This document shows, in pieces, positions 28,361 to 37,562 of a stretch of DNA of 39,464 bases. The notes under the pieces are model-generated. The model was given only the letters and a program-made list of their open reading frames with translations, searched no databases and was not told the DNA's origin. Each line of letters begins with the position of its first letter. The stretch's first letter is position 1. Source of the DNA: a virus (lineage: Duplodnaviria > Caudoviricetes); IMG/VR virus record IMGVR_UViG_3300048670_000627, positions 1 through 39,464 of that record; one strand, written 5' to 3'. The translations under genes and the position numbers were made by a program.

Positions 28361-30643
28361 CTATGTAAAGTTTATATGATTAAATATATTGATTGTTGTA
28401 AATTTGGATTCTTCTAATTGTTCTGGTTTTATTGTTAATGATCCGCTTGCCCCTACGTTTATATCATCCACAGTTGCTGCTATACCTCCGCCTGCTGTCT
28501 GATAGTATAATTGGCCTGTCGATGTGTCAATACTTACTACGTTTGTTTGTACCGTATTTGATAAACTTGTAAATCCCACAGATCCGCTTACTTGAAAATT
28601 ATATGTTGGACTTACTACGTTAATACCTACTTTACCATTTGCTGGCGTTGTTAGTGGGTTTCCAGTAGTGATTGCATAGGTGTTTCTAGCAAATATTACA
28701 CCGCCTAAGTTAATTGCGTTGGCGGTTGTATTGGGTAAACTAATGTTTGTACCTATAATTATATTATTGCTACCTATCTCGTTTCCTGAAGTTCCCACTC
28801 CAGCTAAATATCCTATCAATGTTGAGTAGGATGCGCTTGTTGCTCCCACACCTGCATTAGTACCTATAAAGTTAGAGTACGCTGCATTTAGTGCGACAAT
28901 ACCGGCACCTTGACCTATAAAGTTTGAGAATGCAGCGTTTGTTGCTCCTTTTCCTGCACTGTCTCCTAAATAGACTGTATAATTGGCGAGGGTTGCTTGG
29001 TACCCGGATTGGGTTCCTATGTTAATTGCCGAAAACGGGGCAGCTTGGTATCCTGATTCATATCCTATGCAGATTGATGCATTTGCGTATGTTGCTCCAA
29101 ACCCAGATCTACTTCCTATGAATATGCCATTAAGAGTACTAACTCCAGGTCCGGCCGGTATCGGGCCAGTGGTGTATAAACTACTACCTGTTACTGCAAA
29201 TGGATATGATGATGATACTGCATTATTAGCCCAACTAGCAGTACCCTGCAAGCTTCCTGTGAAAGAAGTTGCGTTCACTGATCCAGATACAATTTGACTA
29301 CCACTAAATGTATTGCTTCCCGTTGTTGCGAATGAACCTGTTTGTGTATTCCTTACAAATGAACTCGTTTGTGAGTTCAATACATATGGCGATAGCATTG
29401 AACCTGTTTGGCTATTAAGTATAAAACTAGCGGTAGCAGTATTAGGGACATATCCAAAAACACTTCCACTAAACGATCCCGTTATACCACCACTTACATT
29501 TAGTGAACCAGTTATACTTTGGCTACCAGATACTATTATCGTTCCAATTAAAGTTTGGGTATCATTTGTAGCATCTCCTAATTGATTTGAACCCGATGAA
29601 TATATCACCGATGCCGTTTCGTATATTACTGAAAGATATTGTATTGATGCTGTACCCGTTACCGTTAGGTTTTGCATTGTCATTGAACCAGTCTGCGTAC
29701 TCAACACATATGGTTGTAACATTGAACTTGTAATACTATTTAATACAAAACTAGCCGTTTGTGAATTTGTAACAAAGCTGCTTGTTTGTGAGTTTTGTAC
29801 AAAGCTACTAGTTTGAGAATTGGTAACAAAGCTGCTTGTTTGAGCATTGGTAACAAATGAACTAGTTTGTGAGTTCAATGTATAAGGCGATAACATTGAA
29901 CCGGTTTGTGAGTTTAATACGAAACTACTAGTCTGCGAATTGGTTACAAATGATGTGGTTGCTTCGTTTGGTACATATCCGGCTACACTACCACTAAATG
30001 AGCCGGTTATTCCTCCGGTTACTAATAGTGATCCCGTTATAACTGCTGAACCTGAGAATGGGAATCCCGCACCTGCTCCGGCGTTTAGTGCATATGATGC
30101 GGTTGTTGCAAATGATGCCGTTCCTAATAATGAACCTGTAATACCCCCACTTACATTTAGCTTATTATTAATCGTTACTCCTGAACTTGATATTATTAAA
30201 GTTGGATTATTATAATTACGATTTGTATAAATTTGAAGCGGTTTGTTTGCTTCCGTTCCTATATTTGCTTCACCGGTCGCATCTGCCCAACCGGCTAATG
30301 ATGCTGTTGTTGTACTGTAAGTATCGTTATATATTCCAAAGGCCCAAGGTTCAGAATTAGCAGCGTGTACTTGTAATATAGTAGTTTGTCCTGATCCTGA
30401 AATTACTTGAGTTCCTCTAAATGTATTTGAGCCGGTTGTTGCTAGCGTAGATACATCGATATTCCCAACATCGCCTTTATCTCCTTTTGGCCCTACAGTT
30501 GCAATTTGAACCGTTGTGGTTTCGGCAGCAGATAGTGTAACGGTAGTTGCATCACCATCGTTTGTAATAGTAATGGTATTATCTTCGGTGGTTACATTTA
30601 CCGAATTAGCATCCGTTGTTATTATGTTTAATTCATCTGCCAT
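28361..30643 (-). CDS. Tail fibre-like protein (760 aa)
   Basis: Short collagen-like GPKGDKGD, SGS/TGS repeats, NSQTSSFV repeats, SNFIGxxAG repeats and GKVGINVV. Confidence 0.7.
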   Translation of the reverse strand: MADELNIITTDANSVNVTTEDNTITITNDGDATTVTLSAAETTTVQIATVGPKGDKGDVGNIDVSTLATTGSNTFRGTQVISGSGQTTILQVHAANSEPWAFGIYNDTYSTTTASLAGWADATGEANIGTEANKPLQIYTNRNYNNPTLIISSSGVTINNKLNVSGGITGSLLGTASFATTASYALNAGAGAGFPFSGSAVITGSLLVTGGITGSFSGSVAGYVPNEATTSFVTNSQTSSFVLNSQTGSMLSPYTLNSQTSSFVTNAQTSSFVTNSQTSSFVQNSQTSSFVTNSQTASFVLNSITSSMLQPYVLSTQTGSMTMQNLTVTGTASIQYLSVIYETASVIYSSGSNQLGDATNDTQTLIGTIIVSGSQSITGSLNVSGGITGSFSGSVFGYVPNTATASFILNSQTGSMLSPYVLNSQTSSFVRNTQTGSFATTGSNTFSGSQIVSGSVNATSFTGSLQGTASWANNAVSSSYPFAVTGSSLYTTGPIPAGPGVSTLNGIFIGSRSGFGATYANASICIGYESGYQAAPFSAINIGTQSGYQATLANYTVYLGDSAGKGATNAAFSNFIGQGAGIVALNAAYSNFIGTNAGVGATSASYSTLIGYLAGVGTSGNEIGSNNIIIGTNISLPNTTANAINLGGVIFARNTYAITTGNPLTTPANGKVGINVVSPTYNFQVSGSVGFTSLSNTVQTNVVSIDTSTGQLYYQTAGGGIAATVDDINVGASGSLTIKPEQLEESKFTTINIFNHINFT
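29680..29960 (-). repeat. 27-bp (9-aa) NSQTSSFV(T/L/Q) tandem repeats
   Basis: About nine units, two of them 13-aa variants (NSQTGSMLSPYTL, NSITSSMLQPYVL); boundaries approximate. Confidence 0.85.
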
Positions 30644-30645
30644 TA

Positions 30646-31032
30646 TTATCTAGTTACTTCTCTACTTAATTTAATTGTACCTTGCAATAATCGGGTTACC
30701 AAACTGCCCGATTGGATTTCTATATCATAAAGTGCTGTTTCAAAATTAAGAGCGGAAGAACTTACAGCAGATATGTTTATTCCTATTGTTCCCGATACGG
30801 GACTGGTATTACCATTTGAACCACTAAAATTTAGACCAGTGCCATCGGCTGCCAATGAACTACTTAAATAAATGTAAGAAGTTGTAGTATTATCGGCATA
30901 ATCAGGTCTTATCTGCATTCTGCCACCATATCCGCGTAAATCAATTGCACTACCACTAGCATCTTTATATGCCAATTCAAGTTTAACCGTAGTACCTTGC
31001 TCTATTGTAAAGTTATATTTTCCAGCTGCCAT
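30646..31032 (-). CDS. Fibre-attachment/adaptor beta-sandwich protein (BppU-N/LtfC-like)
   Basis: YNFTIEQGTT...IDLRGYGGRMQIR...GTIGINIS...YDIEI...RLLQGTIKLSREVTR; ATATTTATA 13 nt upstream (31046-31054). Confidence 0.65.
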   Translation of the reverse strand: MAAGKYNFTIEQGTTVKLELAYKDASGSAIDLRGYGGRMQIRPDYADNTTTSYIYLSSSLAADGTGLNFSGSNGNTSPVSGTIGINISAVSSSALNFETALYDIEIQSGSLVTRLLQGTIKLSREVTR

Positions 31033-31059
31033 ATTGAGTTTTATCTATAAATATGAATA

Positions 31060-32169
31060 TTATAAAGTTATGAATTTACCAGTTATTACTAAATTATCAG
31101 TTGTATTGTAACTAGTTCCTCCTATGAATACCAATGATACCGTATTGTTTGAATATGTTGCCGTAAAGTTAGTACCTTGTGTTAATTTTGTACTATTTTT
31201 ATATACGGCAATTTCATAGCCAACCGCATTTATTGTTAAGGTATTTGTTACACTTCCTGCTAATAATGCCGGGGCTGTTATAAGTTTTATACCATTTATT
31301 GTAAAGTTTGTTTGTCCGTTTGTACTTGCTACTTCCGTATATGTGGTATTTAATGCCAAATAATCAACAACATCTTTATTAGCATTGTAAGATAAAGGAT
31401 TTAATAAGCTGGTTTCCATTCTACCATTTGCTGTTAAGTCGGTTTCAGTTGTAAATACTACACGTCCAACTCCAAACCCTTTTTTAGTCGTTTCTTCACC
31501 ATCAAATCTTTCAGGAAGAAGATATGCTTTTACATTTATACTACATTCAACTCGATTGATTCTCTGATTGCCTTCATCCAATTCATTTATAACATTATAA
31601 TCAGTTATAGTTGACATGAATTTATATTTAGTTTTATCACCCCAATATTCATCGGATGCCCAGTTTAGTGATTCAACTATTTTATTAACCTGCTCCGTAT
31701 AACTTGCCCACCCCATACATTCATAAGTCACTTCTACATAATCCGGAACAGTTATATTATAAACTTCATATTTTGGTTGGTTCCCTGTTAGTAGATTAAA
31801 TCGACTATAACGATTATCTTTTGACCATTTCGTTACACCCTGATATGATACATGTCTATTTAATACAGGTATTGCATCGTTTTTTGCAACACCGGAACGT
31901 CTTATCATAAAAATTGGTAATTGTATTTTTCCTTTTTGGTCTCTATATAATCCTTTTTCTCTCGCACCTTCCCACCTTTCCGAATTACCATACACAACCG
32001 GTATCTTTATAGAAATACCATTATCATCAAGTGTTGGTAAAACTACATCGGATAAATAACCAATTATTGCGGCATCAACATCATACAAAGATACACCTTG
32101 CTTCAAATCATTCTGCTCACGTTTTATTTGAGCTTCTCTATTTGGATTTCTTAACGGATTTTCTGCCAT
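31060..32169 (-). CDS. Tail terminator / sheath stabiliser (T4 gp15-like) with an extra C-terminal domain
   Basis: IKIPVVYGNSERW...QLP...VPDYVEVTYE...EQVNKIVE; third gene of the neck triad. Confidence 0.65.
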   Translation of the reverse strand: MAENPLRNPNREAQIKREQNDLKQGVSLYDVDAAIIGYLSDVVLPTLDDNGISIKIPVVYGNSERWEGAREKGLYRDQKGKIQLPIFMIRRSGVAKNDAIPVLNRHVSYQGVTKWSKDNRYSRFNLLTGNQPKYEVYNITVPDYVEVTYECMGWASYTEQVNKIVESLNWASDEYWGDKTKYKFMSTITDYNVINELDEGNQRINRVECSINVKAYLLPERFDGEETTKKGFGVGRVVFTTETDLTANGRMETSLLNPLSYNANKDVVDYLALNTTYTEVASTNGQTNFTINGIKLITAPALLAGSVTNTLTINAVGYEIAVYKNSTKLTQGTNFTATYSNNTVSLVFIGGTSYNTTDNLVITGKFITL

Positions 32170-32170
32170 A

Positions 32171-32626
32171 TTACTTTATTCTTTCTTCTATGTTAAGCAT
32201 TGATTTACTAACCATAATGGTAGAGCAAACAATACTAAAATTATTTTTTGGAATGCCACCGGTATACTGAACTTCGGATGTGTTATCAATTTCATAATAC
32301 GAATCATCAAAATAAATAACATCACCAACTTCTGGATATGAATTTTTTTCTTCACAAGCAAATCTGTCAAATCGGAACTCTATATTTTGTAATGTTTCCG
32401 AACCAAATCCTTCGTAATTAGTGGTTGTAGCTTCTTTGTTAATTAGGACATATAATTGTACACCAGGATACCAAGTTTTATTCATTGCTTCACCATAAAG
32501 GTTTATTTTGGTATCTACAAGATTTATCTTATATAGTACGCAAGTGTTTTGAACAACATCATCAACTACTTCACGTGCTATACTTTTAAAAAACGATACA
32601 TCTCTGTCTGATATAAATTTTGGCAT
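32171..32626 (-). CDS. Neck / head-closure protein (T4 gp14-like)
   Basis: NLYGEA..K, PEVGDVIYF...YYEI; position between the gp13-like and gp15-like genes. Confidence 0.65.
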   Translation of the reverse strand: MPKFISDRDVSFFKSIAREVVDDVVQNTCVLYKINLVDTKINLYGEAMNKTWYPGVQLYVLINKEATTTNYEGFGSETLQNIEFRFDRFACEEKNSYPEVGDVIYFDDSYYEIDNTSEVQYTGGIPKNNFSIVCSTIMVSKSMLNIEERIK

Positions 32627-32627
32627 A

Positions 32628-33800
32628 TTATCCTATGTATATTGTTAATGGTACTTTTTTCAACATTTCTTGATGATAGTCTGCTTCATTTTTTCTGATT
32701 TCAAATTGAGTTTTGCGGCTTAACTCCTCAAGGTTTTCACGAAGTTGAGTCATAAGCGCATCTTTTTCAACCTGAGCCTCACTTCTTAATGCAGCACCAT
32801 CCAATGATACAGTTGCATCTGGAATTGGAATTTCATTATACTTTTCACGAATAGCACCTAACAATTCTTTTGCTAATGCAAGTGTGTATCTTCTTATCCA
32901 TTGCTTTCCCACATCATTTATATTTGAGTACTGAATAAAATCATACTTTATATCCGAATAGTCCGATACTACATTTGATTTTACTATTGCCGAATTATTT
33001 TCAAAATCGGTTCTTTCAAAATAATCAAAATATATTGTTTTTATTGGACTTAATGTAGATGGCGCAGGGAATACGGTAAGCTTATTATTTACTATATTAA
33101 ATGTAAATGCCGATTTACGAACGTGGTCATTAAATTCAATATGTTGCATTCTCAATACATCTTCAAATATTGGCATCATTAGGAATTGTGCAGCTGGCGA
33201 AAAGTTACCAAATCCCAACTCACTAATTAAATTCAATGTACCTTGTGCACCTACTGAATAAGGGTCAAAGAAACGAGTGATTGCTGGAATTGCTTCATAA
33301 TAAACTTTGGTTACATCTCTTATTGTTGAACTATCTAATAAAGTTTTCGTAGTTGCATCATACGCACTTGTGGTTAAATCATAAGTCTGAGTACCTGGCG
33401 TTGTGTTTATATATGCTTTTTTATATGAAGTAGGTCCGCCAACTCCAGCCAAAGTACCATATGCCTGTGATAATCGGAATGTTTGTGGTAAGTTAGTACC
33501 ATCAACTAATTTTTGAGAATAATTTGTACCAGCTTTTCTACCTTTGAGTGTATCAAGATTGTTTCTGATGTTAAATTGGTTTACTTGCGCCGAATACTCC
33601 GATACTGATTCTTCAAAGCAAGCGTAAAATTGTTCATCTATTAATTCAACATCTATAATTGGATAACCCAATCGTTTTGCACACCATACAGCTGTTCTTG
33701 GTCCATCGTTTTGAAAGTCCGAATCGGAATCATATAATGCGAATGGAGTTTTGCCTGATATTGTTGAGCCGCTTCCGGGCCATTTTAGATTGAAAGACAT
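32628..33800 (-). CDS. Neck protein (T4 gp13-like)
   Basis: KRLGYPIIDVELIDEQFYACFEE and WIRRYTLALAKELLG.IR.KY...LDG..L..EA..E; ATATTTATA 25 nt upstream (33826-33834). Confidence 0.85.
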   Translation of the reverse strand: MSFNLKWPGSGSTISGKTPFALYDSDSDFQNDGPRTAVWCAKRLGYPIIDVELIDEQFYACFEESVSEYSAQVNQFNIRNNLDTLKGRKAGTNYSQKLVDGTNLPQTFRLSQAYGTLAGVGGPTSYKKAYINTTPGTQTYDLTTSAYDATTKTLLDSSTIRDVTKVYYEAIPAITRFFDPYSVGAQGTLNLISELGFGNFSPAAQFLMMPIFEDVLRMQHIEFNDHVRKSAFTFNIVNNKLTVFPAPSTLSPIKTIYFDYFERTDFENNSAIVKSNVVSDYSDIKYDFIQYSNINDVGKQWIRRYTLALAKELLGAIREKYNEIPIPDATVSLDGAALRSEAQVEKDALMTQLRENLEELSRKTQFEIRKNEADYHQEMLKKVPLTIYIG

Positions 33801-33863
33801 AGTTTTAGAATTATAGTTATTCTACTATAAATATAAAAATTATGAAAGATTTGAGTAATAGGC

Positions 33864-33893
33864 AAAATAAAAGGGAGAATTTCTTCTCCCTTC
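33864..33893 (-). terminator. Rho-independent terminator after the major capsid gene
   Basis: Minus strand AAGGGAGAA-GAAA-TTCTCCCTT followed by TTATTTT. Confidence 0.85.
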
Positions 33894-33917
33894 TAATTTA
33901 TATTAATCTAAATACGA

Positions 33918-35552
33918 TTAAATAGTGTTCATACCTTCAATTACAACCTTACCATAAAATTCTGGACGAACTATCTTCTTAGCGTAACGAGTCATAACGC
34001 CTCTACGCGGTGTGAAGTTAGTTGGGTCGTAAACCAACGGAGTCATAATTAACGGAACGTATGGAGCGTAAACAGCACCAGTCTCAAAGAAGTTACTTCC
34101 TTTGAAGCCCATTAAGATTACATTCTCAGTCATGTATGGGTTTTTGTAAACATCATAACGATTAGAGATTGCACCTACTTGAGATACACCTGCTGCGAAT
34201 TGTAACGCATCTTTAGCTGGGTTAGCTGTAAATCCGTTCATTGATTCAAGAATAGTACATACGTTTGGAGAAGCAACTATAAAGTTTGCACCACCACGCA
34301 TTGTTAATTGGTGAATCTTGTTAGAAACTTTTTGCAATTTAATACCCAAAGTCTGGAACCAAGTGTTCTTTTGGTATGCACTTGCTTGAGCCGTTTGTGA
34401 ATCAAGACTAAATCCAGCACCATTCCACTCATATCCAAGACGAGCTGACCAGAAATCGGTAGTTAAAGCGTTTTGCTGTAACATCTCAAGAATTTCCAAA
34501 TCAATTTCTAAAGCGATGTATTCACTCAACATTTGAGTTAATTCAGCTTCAGCATCAATTGAATGATATGCGTTCAAATCTTGTGCCAATTCCGGAGTCC
34601 AAATTGCTTTTAACTTACGAGTTTTAGCAACGATTGGTTCTGATTTCAATTCCAATTCAATTTCAGGAATTGCTAAGTTAGAACCTTTATCTTCAAAATC
34701 ACCACGATTTTCAGCTTTTGGTTGAGTGTGGTAAACCATACTTGCTGTTACATTACCAGATGCGTAATTTGATGTAACACCTGTTGCTAAGAATACAACA
34801 TTATTTCCAGATTTTACTGTGTACTGTGGTTGGATTGTACCATTTACAGCTGCAGCAGTTGATCCTGATGTGAATGAAGCTTCAAATGCTCTAACACCAT
34901 TGAAATCGGCATCTGTCGGTAATGGAACAGTGAATGTTCTAGCCGTACCAGCTGCATAAGATGCAGATACTGTTTGGTTAGTAAGGTCATAAGCAATATC
35001 TCCTAATGATGCCGATGCAACAGTCACACCAAAAGATGATGTAGATGCGTTATTGATTGTATAACCAAAACGTCCTGCTCCGTAAAGACCACCTTCAGTA
35101 GCTTGAGTTGAACCAAGTTTGTTTCCAGCTGGAGATAAACTATCTTTACCTACAGTATTACTGTTACCAAACAAAGATGATCCAGTGAAATCAGGATTAC
35201 CAGCTGGGTTAGAACCATATTTGAAATCCATATAGAAGATAAGACCTGAAGGTAAGTTCATCGGTTGTACAGAAACGAACTCTTTTGCAGCGATGCTACC
35301 AAAGATACGTCTTACCAACGGAAGAGCTACACCAGCCCATTCTTCTGAACCTGCTGAAGTACCTGTGCGGGTTGCTTCATCAAGTAATTGCTTAGCTTGG
35401 TTTTCAAGCATTACTGCCATACCATGCTTATTTGTTTCAGATCCTACTCCTTCAAGTAGACCTGTTCTTTCCCACTTGCCTTTCAAACCACGAGTTTGCT
35501 CTAGCATAATGCTTTGTGGGTTAGCACCTGTCATTAATTTTTTTAAGTCCAT
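33918..35552 (-). CDS. Major capsid protein (T4 gp23-like)
   Basis: LENQ, LPLVRR, VQPMNLPSGLIF, AKTRKLKAIWTPELAQDLNAYHSIDAEAEL, EIDLEI, YAPYVPL, FTPRRGVMTRY. Confidence 0.97.
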   Translation of the reverse strand: MDLKKLMTGANPQSIMLEQTRGLKGKWERTGLLEGVGSETNKHGMAVMLENQAKQLLDEATRTGTSAGSEEWAGVALPLVRRIFGSIAAKEFVSVQPMNLPSGLIFYMDFKYGSNPAGNPDFTGSSLFGNSNTVGKDSLSPAGNKLGSTQATEGGLYGAGRFGYTINNASTSSFGVTVASASLGDIAYDLTNQTVSASYAAGTARTFTVPLPTDADFNGVRAFEASFTSGSTAAAVNGTIQPQYTVKSGNNVVFLATGVTSNYASGNVTASMVYHTQPKAENRGDFEDKGSNLAIPEIELELKSEPIVAKTRKLKAIWTPELAQDLNAYHSIDAEAELTQMLSEYIALEIDLEILEMLQQNALTTDFWSARLGYEWNGAGFSLDSQTAQASAYQKNTWFQTLGIKLQKVSNKIHQLTMRGGANFIVASPNVCTILESMNGFTANPAKDALQFAAGVSQVGAISNRYDVYKNPYMTENVILMGFKGSNFFETGAVYAPYVPLIMTPLVYDPTNFTPRRGVMTRYAKKIVRPEFYGKVVIEGMNTI

Positions 35553-35582
35553 TTTAATTAGTTTTTTTTTTGTTTTGTTAAA

Positions 35583-36809
35583 TTATTTGATAATACCTGC
35601 TAACTTTTTGAACCTGTCAGAGAAGTTGGTACTTTCTGCAATTACTTGCTTTTGTGCAGTTCCAGCTGGCTTAGTTGATTTAACAACTTTACTAGCAAAT
35701 CCTTCTGTGATTGATTTTTTAGCTGATTTTTTAGTAGAGGGTACATGCTTTAGGTTTTCTGCTAATGTAGAATACACAAGCTTAACTTCTCTAACTGTTT
35801 TTGTTCTATCCAAAGTTTCAATGACTTTAACTTTTTGTTCGTTAGTCATATTGTGTGCTCTGAATAATTTGTTTGCGAATAACAATTTTGCGTTCAATAA
35901 GTTTACCTCATTGATAGTTGAACGAAGAGATATGATAGTCTTGTAAGCTTCATTTAATTCAGCTTTCATTTCTTCTTTATCTTCTTCAGCTTCATTTGTA
36001 GCTTCATCATCTTTCATGTCGCCTGTCATAGAAGCTTCCATTTCACGAAGGATTTCTTCCAAGTCGATTACATCTTCCTTGTCTTCTTCTTCGGTAGTCA
36101 TAACAACCTTAGGGTCTTCACCTTTATCAGTTCCAGCTTCAGTACCATCAGAATAACCTTCCATAGTTGGTTCTTCTTCAGTTTCTTCTTCACCTAATTG
36201 AGATTCCAATTCACGAATGATAGATTCCAAATCCATATCATCTTCTTCTTCGGTTTCTTCGGTTTCATCTCCGGTGATTTCGTAGTCTTCACCATCATCT
36301 TCCATGTCTTCCATGCCTTCCATGTCTTCCATGCCTTCCATGTCATCTTCTTCGCTGTACATACCTTCTTCTTCGGTTTCATCACCTTCGAGTTCAGCTA
36401 GTCTAGCGCGAAGTTCAGCGATTTCAGTTTCCTTTTCATCTTCCATACCCATTCCCTCTTCTTCGTTAATGTCTTTTGTTTTTGTGTAGTCACTAACGAT
36501 AGTAGATGAATTAGCAGAAGATTTTTTAATACCAACTGAAAGGTCGGTATCAGCATCTAATGATGGAGTTTTACCAGGGGTTTTGCCCATAGTATCAGCT
36601 GTACCAATGTCAGTTGAATCTAACTCTTCGTTTTGCATTTCTTCGTCATCATCTCCCATTTCAGCTTCTTGTCTCAATTTTTGAGAAAGAATTGATTGTA
36701 AGCGTGGCGTAAAAGCTTCTTCAAGAGCTATTTTTGCGTTTGCTAAAGCAGTTTCTTTAACGGCTTTGGCATCAGCGATTGCTTCTTTCAATAATTTTGA
36801 ATTTGCCAT
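35583..36809 (-). CDS. Prohead core scaffolding protein (gp22-like)
   Basis: Highly acidic coiled-coil protein directly upstream of the capsid gene; many (L/I)xE sites; ends RFKKLAGIIK. Confidence 0.75.
   Translation of the reverse strand: MANSKLLKEAIADAKAVKETALANAKIALEEAFTPRLQSILSQKLRQEAEMGDDDEEMQNEELDSTDIGTADTMGKTPGKTPSLDADTDLSVGIKKSSANSSTIVSDYTKTKDINEEEGMGMEDEKETEIAELRARLAELEGDETEEEGMYSEEDDMEGMEDMEGMEDMEDDGEDYEITGDETEETEEEDDMDLESIIRELESQLGEEETEEEPTMEGYSDGTEAGTDKGEDPKVVMTTEEEDKEDVIDLEEILREMEASMTGDMKDDEATNEAEEDKEEMKAELNEAYKTIISLRSTINEVNLLNAKLLFANKLFRAHNMTNEQKVKVIETLDRTKTVREVKLVYSTLAENLKHVPSTKKSAKKSITEGFASKVVKSTKPAGTAQKQVIAESTNFSDRFKKLAGIIK
36296..36346 (-). repeat. 9/18-bp tandem repeat encoding MEGMEDMEGMEDMED
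   Basis: tccatgtct/tccatgcct units in the scaffold gene. Confidence 0.8.
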
Positions 36810-36968
36810 TTTTGTTTAAAAATTAAATTTGTTCGTGAAGTTATTCTGGAGAACTCCAATAGAATTATGTTGATTGTTCGGTCACCACTTATAGAGAAGG
36901 GTATTCATTAATCAACTATTATAAAAAAAGATAGTCCTATATAGAATAGGACATTTGAGAATAAGTAT
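36810..36968 (-). promoter_or_regulatory. Putative structured 5' leader of the scaffold-capsid operon
   Basis: ATACTTAT promoter variant (36968-36961), hairpin GTCCTAT/ATAGGAC, stem GTTGATT/AATCAAC and two CGAACAA copies. Confidence 0.45.
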
Positions 36969-37014
36969 ATAAAAATAAACTAAAAGTAATAAAATTATGA
37001 ATTTTTTTTAATTT

Positions 37015-37548
37015 TTATACTTTAAAATATATTTCTTCGTAATGAAGTACATCTAATAGATTTGTTGGGTCAATTATTTGTGCAGCGTTTAGTAAGTCAG
37101 AATATTCTGCTACTGATTTGGTTTGTCCTTCACGTAATTCTTGTAGGAAATCAAATGTTGCCAAATCGTGTTGGAATATTTTTTGTGAAGTTTCATTGTA
37201 CTTTTCAAATAGGTCAAACTCCAATAGGTATGCTTTGTTTACTATATCAATTAATCCTGCAAATTGAATGTTTGGTTTTACGGATGGCATTGTTGGTGTT
37301 ATATTCCAATCTACCATATAGTTTTGTAGAATTTCAGCGTGTCCTAATTCGTTTGCTGCTTCTGCTACAAAGAATGCCGCTGCGTTGTTATACCCAACTC
37401 CTTTACAAAAGTTTGCTGCGTTTCTATAAAAGAAGTGTGCTGTATATTCATCAAATAACCTTTCGTTTAACAATGCTACAGTGGCATTACCCAATACTTT
37501 CGGATTCATTGCTTTTGCCATTGTAAGTGCTTTAATATTCGTACCCAT
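37015..37548 (-). CDS. Ferritin-like protein (non-haem ferritin family)
   Basis: LLNERLFDEYTAHFFY...A.FF...A.NELGHA...E...D.ATFDFLQ...Q matches the ferritin four-helix ferroxidase pattern. Confidence 0.85.
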   Translation of the reverse strand: MGTNIKALTMAKAMNPKVLGNATVALLNERLFDEYTAHFFYRNAANFCKGVGYNNAAAFFVAEAANELGHAEILQNYMVDWNITPTMPSVKPNIQFAGLIDIVNKAYLLEFDLFEKYNETSQKIFQHDLATFDFLQELREGQTKSVAEYSDLLNAAQIIDPTNLLDVLHYEEIYFKV

Positions 37549-37562
37549 AACTTATTTTTATT

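Noticed and set aside
26690-29960. 27-bp repeats considered as a CRISPR array or DGR template/variable repeats
   Set aside because: They are in-frame coding repeats with synonymous variation and no unique spacers; no cas or reverse transcriptase gene is present and there is no adenine-specific mismatch pattern.
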